Under the pieces are notes generated by a model that had not been told where the DNA came from, ran no database searches, and worked only from the letters and a program-made list of their open reading frames with translations. Shown here piece by piece: positions 28,676-39,700 of a stretch of 64,000 bases of DNA. This DNA is from a virus, in the IMG/VR virus record IMGVR_UViG_3300036820_000006, positions 1 through 64,000 of that record; one strand, 5' to 3'. The translations under genes and the position numbers were made by a program. Numbering within the stretch: the first letter of the stretch is position 1; each line of letters starts with the position of its first letter.

Positions 28676-31600
28676 CTTCGCGCTAACGGCTGTGGCCTCG
28701 GCGCAAGCTTCCAATCTCGGTACAATCTCCGGCCAGGTGATGACCACTTATGGCACCCCAGCGCAGAACGTGCCGGTGCGTGTGTGCGCGATCACCGCGA
28801 TAGGTGTGCCCTGCTCGACTGCGGGCGTGACTTTATATTCCGATGCCAACCTGACGCATGCCATTAGCAACCCAATCTCCACCGATCAGTATGGGAATTA
28901 TGCAGCGTTCACCGTCAATGGCGTTTATCTAGTACAAGTAACGCCGCAGGTTGGGTTGACTTATGCTTATTATGATGCAACCGGTGCGGGCAGTGGTGGT
29001 GGCAGCGGCTGCCAGACCATCTCCAATGGCGGGGACTGTGTATCGAACGATCCGAGCGTGAGCCAAGATATCGCACAACCGACGAATACAGAGTTCTCGG
29101 TTGATTTCCCCGATGCTAACGGACAAGAGAATCAATTCAATCTCAATCAATTCAATGAGGAGACCTTCGACGCGGAGTTCAATGACGTGCTTCTCTACTC
29201 AAATTTTCAACCGATGGATATTGAGAGCGCTGCAGGCGGATTTCTTGGTGCATTTGACAATTTACCGGTGCAGTTCTCGTGGGATGCCAGCGGAAACGTA
29301 CTTAGTGGTGCAGGTAGACCTTCGATTGCAGTCAATTTTGAAGACCCATATCCGGGATGGAATATCCCGCATCCCGGTACTTTACAGACTGCCGCCGCAG
29401 AAGGGTTAGTGATCGAAAGCAATTCTCCAGTCCAAGAGGGAATGGCAATTTCAGCAAGCACTGGCCATTCTTACACGCTGTTCCCCGATTATGTAACCAC
29501 TCAAGCCATCGTGATTCAGGGCACGTTAGGACTATCTCAGAGTGTTATTGGCACATATGGAACGGGATGGTCGCAATCCGCTACGGCTACCGCAGGTGAA
29601 CTTGATTCGGTGGGATATACGGGCAACATCAACAATGTGTGCGGAGCCGATCCATGCACTTATGTCGCGCCAGACTTCACGTGGTCGGCAACACCAGTTT
29701 CATTTTCGGATTGCAATATAAACGTGGCCTGTACCGGTGTCAGTCCTAGCACTGATGGGACACCGAAGATCAATTATCAACACGCTTACACAATGTTAAC
29801 AATCTCTGGGTCTTCCTGTGCCAGTGGTGCATTCAATGGCACATGGGCTGCTTATGAATTATATTCAACACCCACTGCACCTACAGTACCTCAATCAGCC
29901 CTCTCAATTTGGGGAACGAGCATAACGGCCACATGTCCATCTGACCGTCCCACATTTACGTGGACTCCAGTGCTAGGTGCATACGGCGAACAGGTGCAGT
30001 TTATCGACGCGACTAATGGTGGTTTCAACACGCTAATGCTTCCAGCAAGCGCACCCGTCAGCAGCCAAATTACGGGATCGCTAGGCGCGAAACTCCCAAT
30101 TGGATATACCCCATCCTTGCAGATGTGGGTGGGCCGCACGGATGGCACTGGCAACACCATCACTATCACGCCTTGGCCTGGTGACACCATCAACGGTTCG
30201 GCGGGGGCTTACACTCTCTCAGTGCCGCAATACGGTGTCGTGCATTTCCTCTCGGATGGAATCCACAACTGGTATGCAGAAGGCGGCGGAGGAGGTTCTG
30301 GGCTGACGGGCCTCATGGGCGACTGCCTAGCGGGCGATGACTCATCGGCCTGCACAGTGCGCATGGTTCACGCGCTCAACGGAGCGAAAACACTAACCAT
30401 CGACTCTGCAAATTCTGCAGGCACCCCTCTGGCGCTGTACTACAACGACACCGCTACTGACATCGCCTACTCAACCTATGAAGACCCGACTATAGGGCAA
30501 CAGCCCAGCGGGCCTCCGTGGCTCCCGACCCCAGCGCCGGTATTTGAATTGGACAATCTAAATACAGGCTTCGGCGGCTTCTTATTGGAGCACTCCAAGA
30601 TATTTCCCAATCTAGGATTGAATTTCTTGGACGATAACCCCGACGCCAATCCAATCTCGGGCACAATCGGGGGTAGCTTCTGGTTTGAGGATGCAACATT
30701 CCTCGATTCCCAAACTACCGGGACGCAGCATTACATTGGGCTACTCACTGCTACCGGGAATGAAGATGATAACGTAGAAATCATTGCTGGCGGTGAAACG
30801 AACGGCCAAACAAATTTTGGAGAACAACGCACAGCACAGCTTCAATTTCCGCGTGAAGTCAACATTACGGGGTTGTTTGCTAGCGGGTCTTTTTCCGTAG
30901 ATCACATCAACATATCAGGCGGCGACGTACCGTGTACCTCCAACACACTCGACTTCTCCGTTAGCGCAACACTCAAGAAGATTCCCGCCTGCACGATCAA
31001 TACGATTATTCCCCCATTTGACGCTGACGACGTTTTTCTCAATTCATCAGCCATTGTTTATATGTATGCTGATGGCGCTTTCACCACGACGAATGCGGGT
31101 AACATCGTCTCTGCTCCATTGACGGCGGTTCCGGGCCAACTTTACATGGCTCTCTACTACGGTGGCACAGGGGGTTACTTCCACACCTCGCCGGGCGTGT
31201 GGCGCATCTACCCGGTGGGCGGAACAGGCAGTAGCGTAACCTGGCCAACATCTACCGACCTCGTTATCAGTAACGGCACAAACTCCCCCGCTGGACTCGC
31301 CGAGGTGGACAGCGACTGTGTTGTGGGTTCGGGCGGAGCGTGGGTAGCTGGTCCCTGCTCAGGAACGGGAAGTGGAACAAATGTGAGCGTCAACGGTGGC
31401 GGCACGCTGGCGACGGCTAACCTGAACGGAACGACCCCCACAGCAGGAACCAACGGCATCAACGTGACGTGGCAGGTCAGCAGCACGAACGTGAGCGCGG
31501 AGATTGTGGGCGATGGGAACGCGGCGCATTTCCTGAACGGGACGGGTGCCTTCTCTACACCGAGCGGAGGCATGGTCTACCCTGGCGCGGGGATCGCGAA

Positions 31601-33458
31601 CTCCACCGGCAGCGCCTGGGGCACGAGCTACACGGTGGGCAACTCCGGTACCGACATTCCGCAGCTTTCGAGTGGCTTGCTGAACGCGTCGATCCTGCCG
31701 CTGGCGACAACGGGAGCGTTCGGCGCGGTGAAGCCTGACGGAACGACGATCACCATTTCTGCGGGAGTGATTAGCGCGGTTGGTGGAGGAAGCGGCCTGC
31801 CCTGCTCGGGCACCTGCACGGCGGGAGTGTTACCACTCTTCGGCTCAGGCGGAACCTCGATTACAAACTCGCTGCTGGATTATGGCGTGACCACCGCGAG
31901 CACGTTCACCTTCGGCGCGGGCGTGGATATCAACTCCACATCTGACCCTTCACAGATTGGACTGACCTACAACACAGGTCATGCGCCAACTGTCGGCGGT
32001 GCGACCACTGCCACCTACGCCGTCAACTCTTCCGGGCAGGCGATTGTAGCGGATGGAAGCGGAGCATACTCGCGACCCTGCACAGTTGCGAACTTCAGTT
32101 CGATCTGTAGCGGCGGGGGTGGATCAGGTGCGGGCCTCATAACCTACTCTGGCCCCTCTCTCAGCCTGAGTGGAACGCAGTACTTCCCCATTGGTGGCGG
32201 CGGAGCAGCGAGCGCAACCGAAGCGAACGTCGATCTGGACTCTCCGGCGGCGGCGACGATCCAGAACTTCTCTGTGCAGATGAGCGCGGCTCCCGGAGCG
32301 GGGAACTCAGTCGCCTATACGTGGCGCAAAAATGCCAGCAGTACGACCCTGACCTGCACCATCAGCGGAGCCTCAGCAACATCCTGCTCAGACACGACGC
32401 ACTCGTTTACGGTAGCGGCGGCAGACCTGATGACGATTCAGGCAGTGACTACGGGCACAATCGTCGGCACGCCTACGGTGGTCATGGGTACGCAGTTTGG
32501 GATTGCAGTCTCTGCGGGCGTGACATCTTTTACCGGTGATGGCACAGTGTTGAGCAACTCGGCTTCAACGGGAGCGGTCACTGCAACTCTAACCAGCGCA
32601 GGATCCCATACAGTCCTCGCTAACCTGACAGGCTCCAGCGCGTCTCCGACGTATACGGCAACGCAAGGCACCGACTCCTCACTTTTGACTTCCGGTACTG
32701 TTTCCGGCACGGCTGCAACGCTCTGCACGGATGCAAATGGCGGAGCGACGACGGTTGGATGTACGAGCGGAGGTTCGAGTGGACCGACCTTCAAGGGGGC
32801 GGTCTATACGCCTGCTACCAGTTCGTCTACGACGGCTGCTACTACGCCTTCGCTTGCCGGAGTGAGCAGCAGCGATTTGCTGATCGTTTTCTGTCGGTCT
32901 TTATTTGGGAACACAGTAACGATTACGTCGTCGCCATCAGAAACGTGGAACACGCTTTCGTCCGTTGGGTCTAACCCAACGGCGACCGTGCAGATGGCAT
33001 GGGCAATTGCTGGAAGCGCGGCGTCGCATACGGTTACATGCACGCAGAGTGGAACCGGGACATTCCAGTCAGCCATGCTTCTGGACTACAGCGGGACTGG
33101 AACTTCACTCAACACCAGCGTCAACAATAGCGGCACTTCCAGCGGCGTTCAATTCCCATTCAACGCGGGGACGGGTGGCACCTATTCAGCAGCTACAACA
33201 GCTTCAACCTCGCAACGTACGCTGATTGTTTTCTGCAACGCGGTCGGCGATCTCAAGCCGTACTACGCCGGATATATCGACGGAATACACGCGAATCTTA
33301 GAGTCGTTGACGGCCCCGGAACCGGCACGGGATCGACTACGAGTTCCAGCGCATGTGAAGACATCGTAACCACGACGGCTGTCAATCCTTTGACAGCAAA
33401 CTTCGGATTCAATAGCAACTCCGGCTTCGCCAACACGCTCGCAGCCTTCAACTATTAG
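28623..33458 (+). CDS. large Cys-rich fibre/adhesin-like protein with signal peptide
   Basis: MSQRLRRWLTYPILFLLSFALTAVASA|Q; G/S/T-rich modules joined by poly-Gly; ATTGAFGAVKPDGTTITISAGVIS fibre motif. Confidence 0.7.
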   Translation: MSQRLRRWLTYPILFLLSFALTAVASAQASNLGTISGQVMTTYGTPAQNVPVRVCAITAIGVPCSTAGVTLYSDANLTHAISNPISTDQYGNYAAFTVNGVYLVQVTPQVGLTYAYYDATGAGSGGGSGCQTISNGGDCVSNDPSVSQDIAQPTNTEFSVDFPDANGQENQFNLNQFNEETFDAEFNDVLLYSNFQPMDIESAAGGFLGAFDNLPVQFSWDASGNVLSGAGRPSIAVNFEDPYPGWNIPHPGTLQTAAAEGLVIESNSPVQEGMAISASTGHSYTLFPDYVTTQAIVIQGTLGLSQSVIGTYGTGWSQSATATAGELDSVGYTGNINNVCGADPCTYVAPDFTWSATPVSFSDCNINVACTGVSPSTDGTPKINYQHAYTMLTISGSSCASGAFNGTWAAYELYSTPTAPTVPQSALSIWGTSITATCPSDRPTFTWTPVLGAYGEQVQFIDATNGGFNTLMLPASAPVSSQITGSLGAKLPIGYTPSLQMWVGRTDGTGNTITITPWPGDTINGSAGAYTLSVPQYGVVHFLSDGIHNWYAEGGGGGSGLTGLMGDCLAGDDSSACTVRMVHALNGAKTLTIDSANSAGTPLALYYNDTATDIAYSTYEDPTIGQQPSGPPWLPTPAPVFELDNLNTGFGGFLLEHSKIFPNLGLNFLDDNPDANPISGTIGGSFWFEDATFLDSQTTGTQHYIGLLTATGNEDDNVEIIAGGETNGQTNFGEQRTAQLQFPREVNITGLFASGSFSVDHINISGGDVPCTSNTLDFSVSATLKKIPACTINTIIPPFDADDVFLNSSAIVYMYADGAFTTTNAGNIVSAPLTAVPGQLYMALYYGGTGGYFHTSPGVWRIYPVGGTGSSVTWPTSTDLVISNGTNSPAGLAEVDSDCVVGSGGAWVAGPCSGTGSGTNVSVNGGGTLATANLNGTTPTAGTNGINVTWQVSSTNVSAEIVGDGNAAHFLNGTGAFSTPSGGMVYPGAGIANSTGSAWGTSYTVGNSGTDIPQLSSGLLNASILPLATTGAFGAVKPDGTTITISAGVISAVGGGSGLPCSGTCTAGVLPLFGSGGTSITNSLLDYGVTTASTFTFGAGVDINSTSDPSQIGLTYNTGHAPTVGGATTATYAVNSSGQAIVADGSGAYSRPCTVANFSSICSGGGGSGAGLITYSGPSLSLSGTQYFPIGGGGAASATEANVDLDSPAAATIQNFSVQMSAAPGAGNSVAYTWRKNASSTTLTCTISGASATSCSDTTHSFTVAAADLMTIQAVTTGTIVGTPTVVMGTQFGIAVSAGVTSFTGDGTVLSNSASTGAVTATLTSAGSHTVLANLTGSSASPTYTATQGTDSSLLTSGTVSGTAATLCTDANGGATTVGCTSGGSSGPTFKGAVYTPATSSSTTAATTPSLAGVSSSDLLIVFCRSLFGNTVTITSSPSETWNTLSSVGSNPTATVQMAWAIAGSAASHTVTCTQSGTGTFQSAMLLDYSGTGTSLNTSVNNSGTSSGVQFPFNAGTGGTYSAATTASTSQRTLIVFCNAVGDLKPYYAGYIDGIHANLRVVDGPGTGTGSTTSSSACEDIVTTTAVNPLTANFGFNSNSGFANTLAAFNY

Positions 33459-33466
33459 TGAACACT

Positions 33467-34693
33467 ATGAAGCGTATCCTTTCCATCCTCGCGCTCTTCC
33501 CGCTGGCCCTGCCCGCGCAAACCATCAACTACACCCCTGTGCGCTACACGGTTGCGATCTCCTCTGACGGCGGTGTCACCTATTCGCCGCTCACCAGCGC
33601 CTCCGGCATCGGCTCGGTTACCTACACGCCGCCTTATTTCGTGCCGATGTGTTCAAACGATGGCGGGGCTACCTATTCGCAATGCTCATTCTCGGGTGGC
33701 GGTGGCTCAGTGTCACTGACATCACCCAACTCCACACTGAGTTTGAGTCCGTCACCGATCGTTGGTACGGGAACATTGGATTTGAACCTGACCCACGCGA
33801 ACATCTGGACCGGATCGCAAACCTTCTCCAACGGCGGCGGCACGCCCGACACCGTGCAGGCCTACAACGATGGCACCGCAGGCGAGGGAGTATTTTTCAA
33901 CACAGGCGGTGCGCAAAAGGGCGGAGTCATGGACAATGCGGGGTCCTTGAATTGGACGAGCTTTGACACGGGCGGAAATTTCAGCCTCTGCACTACGGCC
34001 GATTGCGCGGCAGCAGATTTGGATATTGATTACATAGCCACGGGCAGCGGTTTCTGGAAAGTAAATCCGATTGGATCGGGAACGACGTTAGTGCTTGGAG
34101 CGTTTGGCCAGTCGATCAACGTGAATGGCGTTTATGTAGGCGGAGCAAACAGTGGAGTCACTGGAGCGATTACAAGCGTTGATGGTGACACAGGAAACAC
34201 ATCTTTGTCTGACACTGTGCATGTCAACTTAAGTATCGGCACCGCCAGTTCGCACACTGCAGAACTAACTGCAGAAGTCAGTGGAGTGGCGCTCCCCTAC
34301 ATCACAGGATCAACACAGTGCTTGCATGTCAGCACCGCAGGGCTCATCAGTGGATCTGGTGCGGATTGCGGTGGAGGCACGGCGAACATCGTCGCTTCGG
34401 CCGAGGTGGTTAGTTTCTCCGCTACGCCGACATTTTCCATCGCCTTCAACGTCTCGCGCATCGTGCTCACCGGAAACATCACCTCTTTCACCTTGGGAGC
34501 CGGAGCTGACGGCCAGAGCAAAACTCTGTGCTTCAAGCAGGGCAGCGGAGCCTACACCGTGTCACCGCCCAGCGCCGTTCATGGGTTCTTCACTCTCGGC
34601 ACGATTAGCGGCGACTGGAATTGCCAAGCCTTTACCTACGACAACACCGATTCCATCTGGCTCGCCTCGACTACAGGAGTTATCAACCAGTGA
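33467..34693 (+). CDS. fibre-like protein with signal peptide
   Basis: MKRILSILALFPLALPA|Q; LNLTHANIWTGSQTF fibre motif. Confidence 0.7.
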   Translation: MKRILSILALFPLALPAQTINYTPVRYTVAISSDGGVTYSPLTSASGIGSVTYTPPYFVPMCSNDGGATYSQCSFSGGGGSVSLTSPNSTLSLSPSPIVGTGTLDLNLTHANIWTGSQTFSNGGGTPDTVQAYNDGTAGEGVFFNTGGAQKGGVMDNAGSLNWTSFDTGGNFSLCTTADCAAADLDIDYIATGSGFWKVNPIGSGTTLVLGAFGQSINVNGVYVGGANSGVTGAITSVDGDTGNTSLSDTVHVNLSIGTASSHTAELTAEVSGVALPYITGSTQCLHVSTAGLISGSGADCGGGTANIVASAEVVSFSATPTFSIAFNVSRIVLTGNITSFTLGAGADGQSKTLCFKQGSGAYTVSPPSAVHGFFTLGTISGDWNCQAFTYDNTDSIWLASTTGVINQ

Positions 34694-36738
34694 AAAAGCT
34701 CATCACAGTTCTCTCTTTTCTATGCTGCCTGAGTCTTTCTGCGCAGACCGTCAACGGCGTAGCCAATCAGAGCATATCCGGTCCCACTCTCACAGCACCC
34801 GGAGTCGGAGCGGCTGCGGCTGGCGATACGGGAAGTCCTTATGCGACTATCGCGAACGGTCTAATCAAGGCCAATCAGTTCACGTTCAGCGACGGGACCA
34901 ACGGATGGTGCGCCGCCCCCTTCTACTGCGGCCTCGCTCCAAGCTCCGGTCCCGTCGCTTATCAGATGTATGGCGCGGACGCGATCCTGACCATGCTGGC
35001 CTTCCCTGGCCGCTTCCAGGCGGCTGACTTTCTCAACCTGGTGAACAAGTTTGTAGGCGCGAAGAACACAAACGGCAGTGCAACCTATCCGGTTGGCGAC
35101 TTTCCGGAGGTCGTCAAGCAGGACGGAACGGCTGGCCAGTTCTGCTCCGGGAACGATCTCTATTGTCACTATGCAACCGGCGACGGTCGCATATCGGTTC
35201 CGCTCGCCCTCTACCTCTACTGGAAGCGCACCGGCGATCTGGCGCCGTATAGGGCGAACGTCGCAGCCATCATCACGGCACTGGCGATTCCGCCGCGCAA
35301 CGGCACTACGGGATGCATCACGATTGTGGCCGGGCAGGAAGACATCCCTGGTATCGGCTATCTCGAACAGATGCGCCCGATCGGCGATGTGGCCGATGCG
35401 AGTGTGTGGATGGCCTACGACTACGAGGCGCTGTATCTGATGGCGACCGCGGCCGGTGACACCTCCAACGCCAGCATCTTCAACACGCAATTCACGAGCC
35501 TGCAAACCTGCGTCACGACGACGCTGACCGACGGCTCGACCAAGATGCTGTGGTTCGCGAACGGTGCCCAGATGCACGAGCTGGACATTGTGGACTCGAC
35601 CCTTGCGGCGTATCCGTTGCTGGGCAGCAGCGTCGGGCCGCTGCTTTCGGGCACGCAAATCACAGCGATAGGCACCTGGCTCGACTCGAATTATTCGAGT
35701 CTGGTTGACACCCAGGGGTACGCAAAGATGGTCAACGCCTGTGACGTGGTGGGGAAGATTCCCTCGGGCGGGGGAGCCCCTTACACCTCCGACGGCACAA
35801 CGACAACCAGCTATCAGTGTGCTTTCTGGGCTACGTTCGGCGGGTATTTTGCCGATATTCTGAGCCCCGTCGACTTAGCTTCGGCGCAGTCATATATGGC
35901 CGCATTCCTCAACGGCATGTCGCCCGGCGTCGAGCACTATAACAGCGGAACTCCGGCCCTCGGCAACGCTCCATTGCTGATTACGGCAGGGCAGTCGATT
36001 CGCCTAGCCAGCGAGCTTATCCCGATGGACGTTCCGCCAATTACGACCGTGCTGTGCGCCGCCGACGGTTTCGGGCGCTGCACAAATTATTTGCCTGGAG
36101 ACGTCAACGTCGGCAACTTTCACGACCCGGCGGTGCCCATTCCGTTTCTGCTGAAGCAGACAGGGACCTACGCCTACTCCGGCTTCAACACGATTGACGC
36201 CTATCTTTTTCCGAATGCGGCCAACGGGGCAACGCTCGGTATGGCTCTGGGCACGGCAATCTCCAGCAACAACGTTCTTTATTTATCGTTCCACCCCAAC
36301 GGTTCGGGATCGACAAGCAACTTTGGCAGCCTTGACCTCTGGGGACATAACAACGAACTCACGTGGTGGCCATCCGGAGATGTTGGTGTCGGGGGTGCGT
36401 CAACTGACCAGAACAAACTCTTCTGGGTTGGATCGACGGCTCAGTTCAATGTCGATGCGAGCGGCAACGCGGCCACCTCCGGCACGATGGGCGCAGCGGC
36501 TTATAACCAGCACGCCGCCAGCAATACAGGGGGTACCTGCACGATGTCCTCCGGGACTTCCTGCACGATCACCTTGGGTCATACCTATACGACGCCTGTC
36601 TGTATTGTGACCCAACAGAGCGGCACGCTGACCGGCGGTGTAGTGGGTTGCACGGTTTCAGGAACGACAGTCACCATCACCGCCGCCACGTCGAATTCAG
36701 AGGCGTGGGGGGCGTTCGTGTTCGGAAATCCCAACTAA
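34690..36738 (+). CDS. exported six-hairpin glycosidase-like protein with fibre-like C-terminus
   Basis: GTGA overlap; MKKLITVLSFLCCLSLSA|Q; YLYWKRTGD motif of (alpha/alpha)6 glycosidases. Confidence 0.6.
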   Translation: MKKLITVLSFLCCLSLSAQTVNGVANQSISGPTLTAPGVGAAAAGDTGSPYATIANGLIKANQFTFSDGTNGWCAAPFYCGLAPSSGPVAYQMYGADAILTMLAFPGRFQAADFLNLVNKFVGAKNTNGSATYPVGDFPEVVKQDGTAGQFCSGNDLYCHYATGDGRISVPLALYLYWKRTGDLAPYRANVAAIITALAIPPRNGTTGCITIVAGQEDIPGIGYLEQMRPIGDVADASVWMAYDYEALYLMATAAGDTSNASIFNTQFTSLQTCVTTTLTDGSTKMLWFANGAQMHELDIVDSTLAAYPLLGSSVGPLLSGTQITAIGTWLDSNYSSLVDTQGYAKMVNACDVVGKIPSGGGAPYTSDGTTTTSYQCAFWATFGGYFADILSPVDLASAQSYMAAFLNGMSPGVEHYNSGTPALGNAPLLITAGQSIRLASELIPMDVPPITTVLCAADGFGRCTNYLPGDVNVGNFHDPAVPIPFLLKQTGTYAYSGFNTIDAYLFPNAANGATLGMALGTAISSNNVLYLSFHPNGSGSTSNFGSLDLWGHNNELTWWPSGDVGVGGASTDQNKLFWVGSTAQFNVDASGNAATSGTMGAAAYNQHAASNTGGTCTMSSGTSCTITLGHTYTTPVCIVTQQSGTLTGGVVGCTVSGTTVTITAATSNSEAWGAFVFGNPN

Positions 36739-36759
36739 TTTTAGGCGAAGGAAACCACA

Positions 36760-39700
36760 ATGGGCGTAGGAGACATTCTCGGAGAAACCAGCAAGAGGCT
36801 AAGAATAGCCGCATCTCTTCTTCTGCTCTCGTTCATTCTCTTCCCGCTCGCCCTCTTCGCGCAGACGGTTCAGACCTTCGCGGTGCCGGCGGCTATAAGC
36901 GTCCCCGTGGATACCGTGCAGACCTGCAAAGCCATCGTGAACGGCTCTCTCAATCAGGCAGTGACGTGGAGTTCAACAGGAGGGATGTTGAGCGCGGGGC
37001 AAGATCCCAACACCGAAGGCATCACCTCCGCGAGCACGGGGACCTTCACGCTGACAGCAACCTCCGTTGCCGATGGGACGAAGACCGCGAGCTGCGTGGT
37101 TACCTTCACCGGCGATCCGTCCGTAGCGACAACCTATCCGCGGCTGATTCTTCCCGCCAGTCAAGTCGCTACCATGCAGGCCAAGGGGTTGACCAGCAAT
37201 CCTCTGTACTCCGCGATCTTTACTCCAGCACAAGCTGCGTATACAGCCGACTCGGCGATCTGGACGTTTTCGACGTGGAGCGGATCGGCCTGCACCGGAG
37301 GGTCGGGACCAAGCTCGGACCAGAGCCAGAACTTCGTGGAGAACGACGCCTTCTGGATGGCGCAAGTCGCGCTGATGGATAACAGTTCCAGCAACCGGAA
37401 CCAGTACGGCTGCCCAGCGCACGATGTCTTCATGACCAACATTGAATACGCCATCAATGGTGAGTTCAAGGTCGATGGAAACCGCATGTCGGGGAGCGCA
37501 GACCAGTTCGCGTTGACCGCCGACCTACTGCTGGGCGGAGGCTATCTCAGTTCCGCCGATCAGGCTGTAGTGCGAAACTTCCTCGCCGTGGTTGCGTACG
37601 ACCAGGTGAACTCCTTCTATGGCTCAGAGGGGGTTATTGGAAGCTACAACAGCGCGACGCAGTTCACGAATTTCGGGGATAGCAGCTACGTCTTCATGCG
37701 CGCCATGGGGAACAACTACACGCAGTCGCGCATGTTGATCCTCACGGCGGCGGCGCTTCAGTTCGACGACAACACGAGCGCCGACCCGCTGATGCCCACT
37801 GGGGGCGTAGTGAGCGCGCCGCCGCAAAATCAAGGCAGCACATGGACGGTAGGAGAGCAGTTCACCATAGGCTCCGGCGCGGCGGTGGGGCAATGCACCG
37901 CAGTATCGGGCGGCGCCTGCACGGCAACGGAAGTCATTACTGCCTCGACCGGGTATAACAACACCTCGAATCCCCTCAGCACAACAGCGACTTCGGGCAG
38001 CGGAACCGGCTTGACGGTGAATATCGTGGCGCTCAACACCTGCGGCGCGGCGCGAGGGACCTTATGCCCGGACGGCAGCGGGGGCGACCTGCACGCCTAT
38101 TGGGGCTACATGACCGGCGCGATGCTATACAAATACTGGGCCAACGAAGAAGACCCCGGCATCACGCAGCAGGCCTACAACGCCGCATACGCCAACCTGC
38201 CGTCCAATCCTTCATGTAGCACGGAGTGGGGCGGGACGGCCCCCTGCATGGGCAGCAGCCAAGGCGGGGAGGCAAGCGAGGGAACATTTTACGGCAATGC
38301 CTTCGCCGGATTTATTCAGACAGCGATTGCGATTCAGAATGCCGGGTACTTCAACCCGTCGCTGTACGGCCCGCAGATGAGCGCGCTGACTTCCAGCTAC
38401 AACGATCAGCGCATACTCGCCGATTACACGGCTATGACGGGGATGAGCGGACTTCAGGCCGAGCCTGCTCGTTGGAACTTCCTCACCAACGGCGATTCGG
38501 ACAACAATTACGTCTACCCAGCCAGCTACAGCACCGAATCGACGATGTTGATGGACGACTACCTTAGCGGAAGAACCGACCGCGCGAACAATCTGGAGTG
38601 GATTGTATTGAACAGCGCGTGGGGCGGGGCGGATGGAACCCATAGCTGCACGATGGGACCGTGCGGGTTCATCAACTCTCTCGCCGATCCTTTTGGCGAA
38701 GCGACGCTGCCGGACATCTTCATCGCGTTGCCAGCGGGTAACCCGGTGACCGTAAATCCTCCCACCGACCCGCGTGCGACGCTTCCGACCGACTGGTACG
38801 ACATCGGCAATCAGCATATCGCCGTGCGGGATAACGGTTGGGCCACGGGAACGGGAACGATCTTCTCCACCTATTGCACCAACACCCACATCGACCACGA
38901 ACACGGGTTTTGCGGAGGCTTTGATGTGTACTCGAACGGCGAGTACATCGCAAAAGGCCGGACGGAGTTCAACGACTACAACGATGCGATGAGCGCCGCG
39001 ATGTACAAGCAGACCGCTCCGGCGTTGCAATTCCCCGGCCAGACGACCTGCACCGTGAATCCTTCGTCAAACTTCTGTTCCTATTGGGAGGGGTTCACTT
39101 TCGGAGGGGAGATGTGGCACGGAACGCAAGGCGGAGTGGCCACGCTGCTGCATTCGGACTCGCCGGTCTACGTGGCCTCGACCGCCGACGACACAGTTCT
39201 CAACACGGGAGCCGCCACCAACAGCCACTACTCCCCATTCAATCAAACATCCCTGCGGTCTACCTCGCAAATCTATCTGCGCGGATCGCAACAGGTCATC
39301 ACCTACAACCGGGTCGCCACCGGGACGAATTCGTGGAACAAGTCGAACTTCTTCGTCACGACCGGAGCGCCGACGATCAGTGGCGGGACGGCGACGTGGC
39401 TGACCCGCTCGGGAACGCAGAAGGCCGCGTGGACACCTTTGCTCCCTGCCGGTGCGACGTTCACCAACGCCAGGTTGCCGCAGTATGTGACCATCACCGC
39501 CGCGCATTCCACACTGAACAGCGGCTCAACAATGCAGGCAACCTGCACGGTGACCTACGCGGACGGCTCGACGGCTGACGTATCGTCCCTGACGGGCTGG
39601 GCTGGGAATTTGACGTGGACGGTCGATACTCCGACCGTTGCCACCGTGGCATCGGCGGGCTTGATTACGCCGGTTGCGGCGGGCAGCTTCAATCTGCGCT

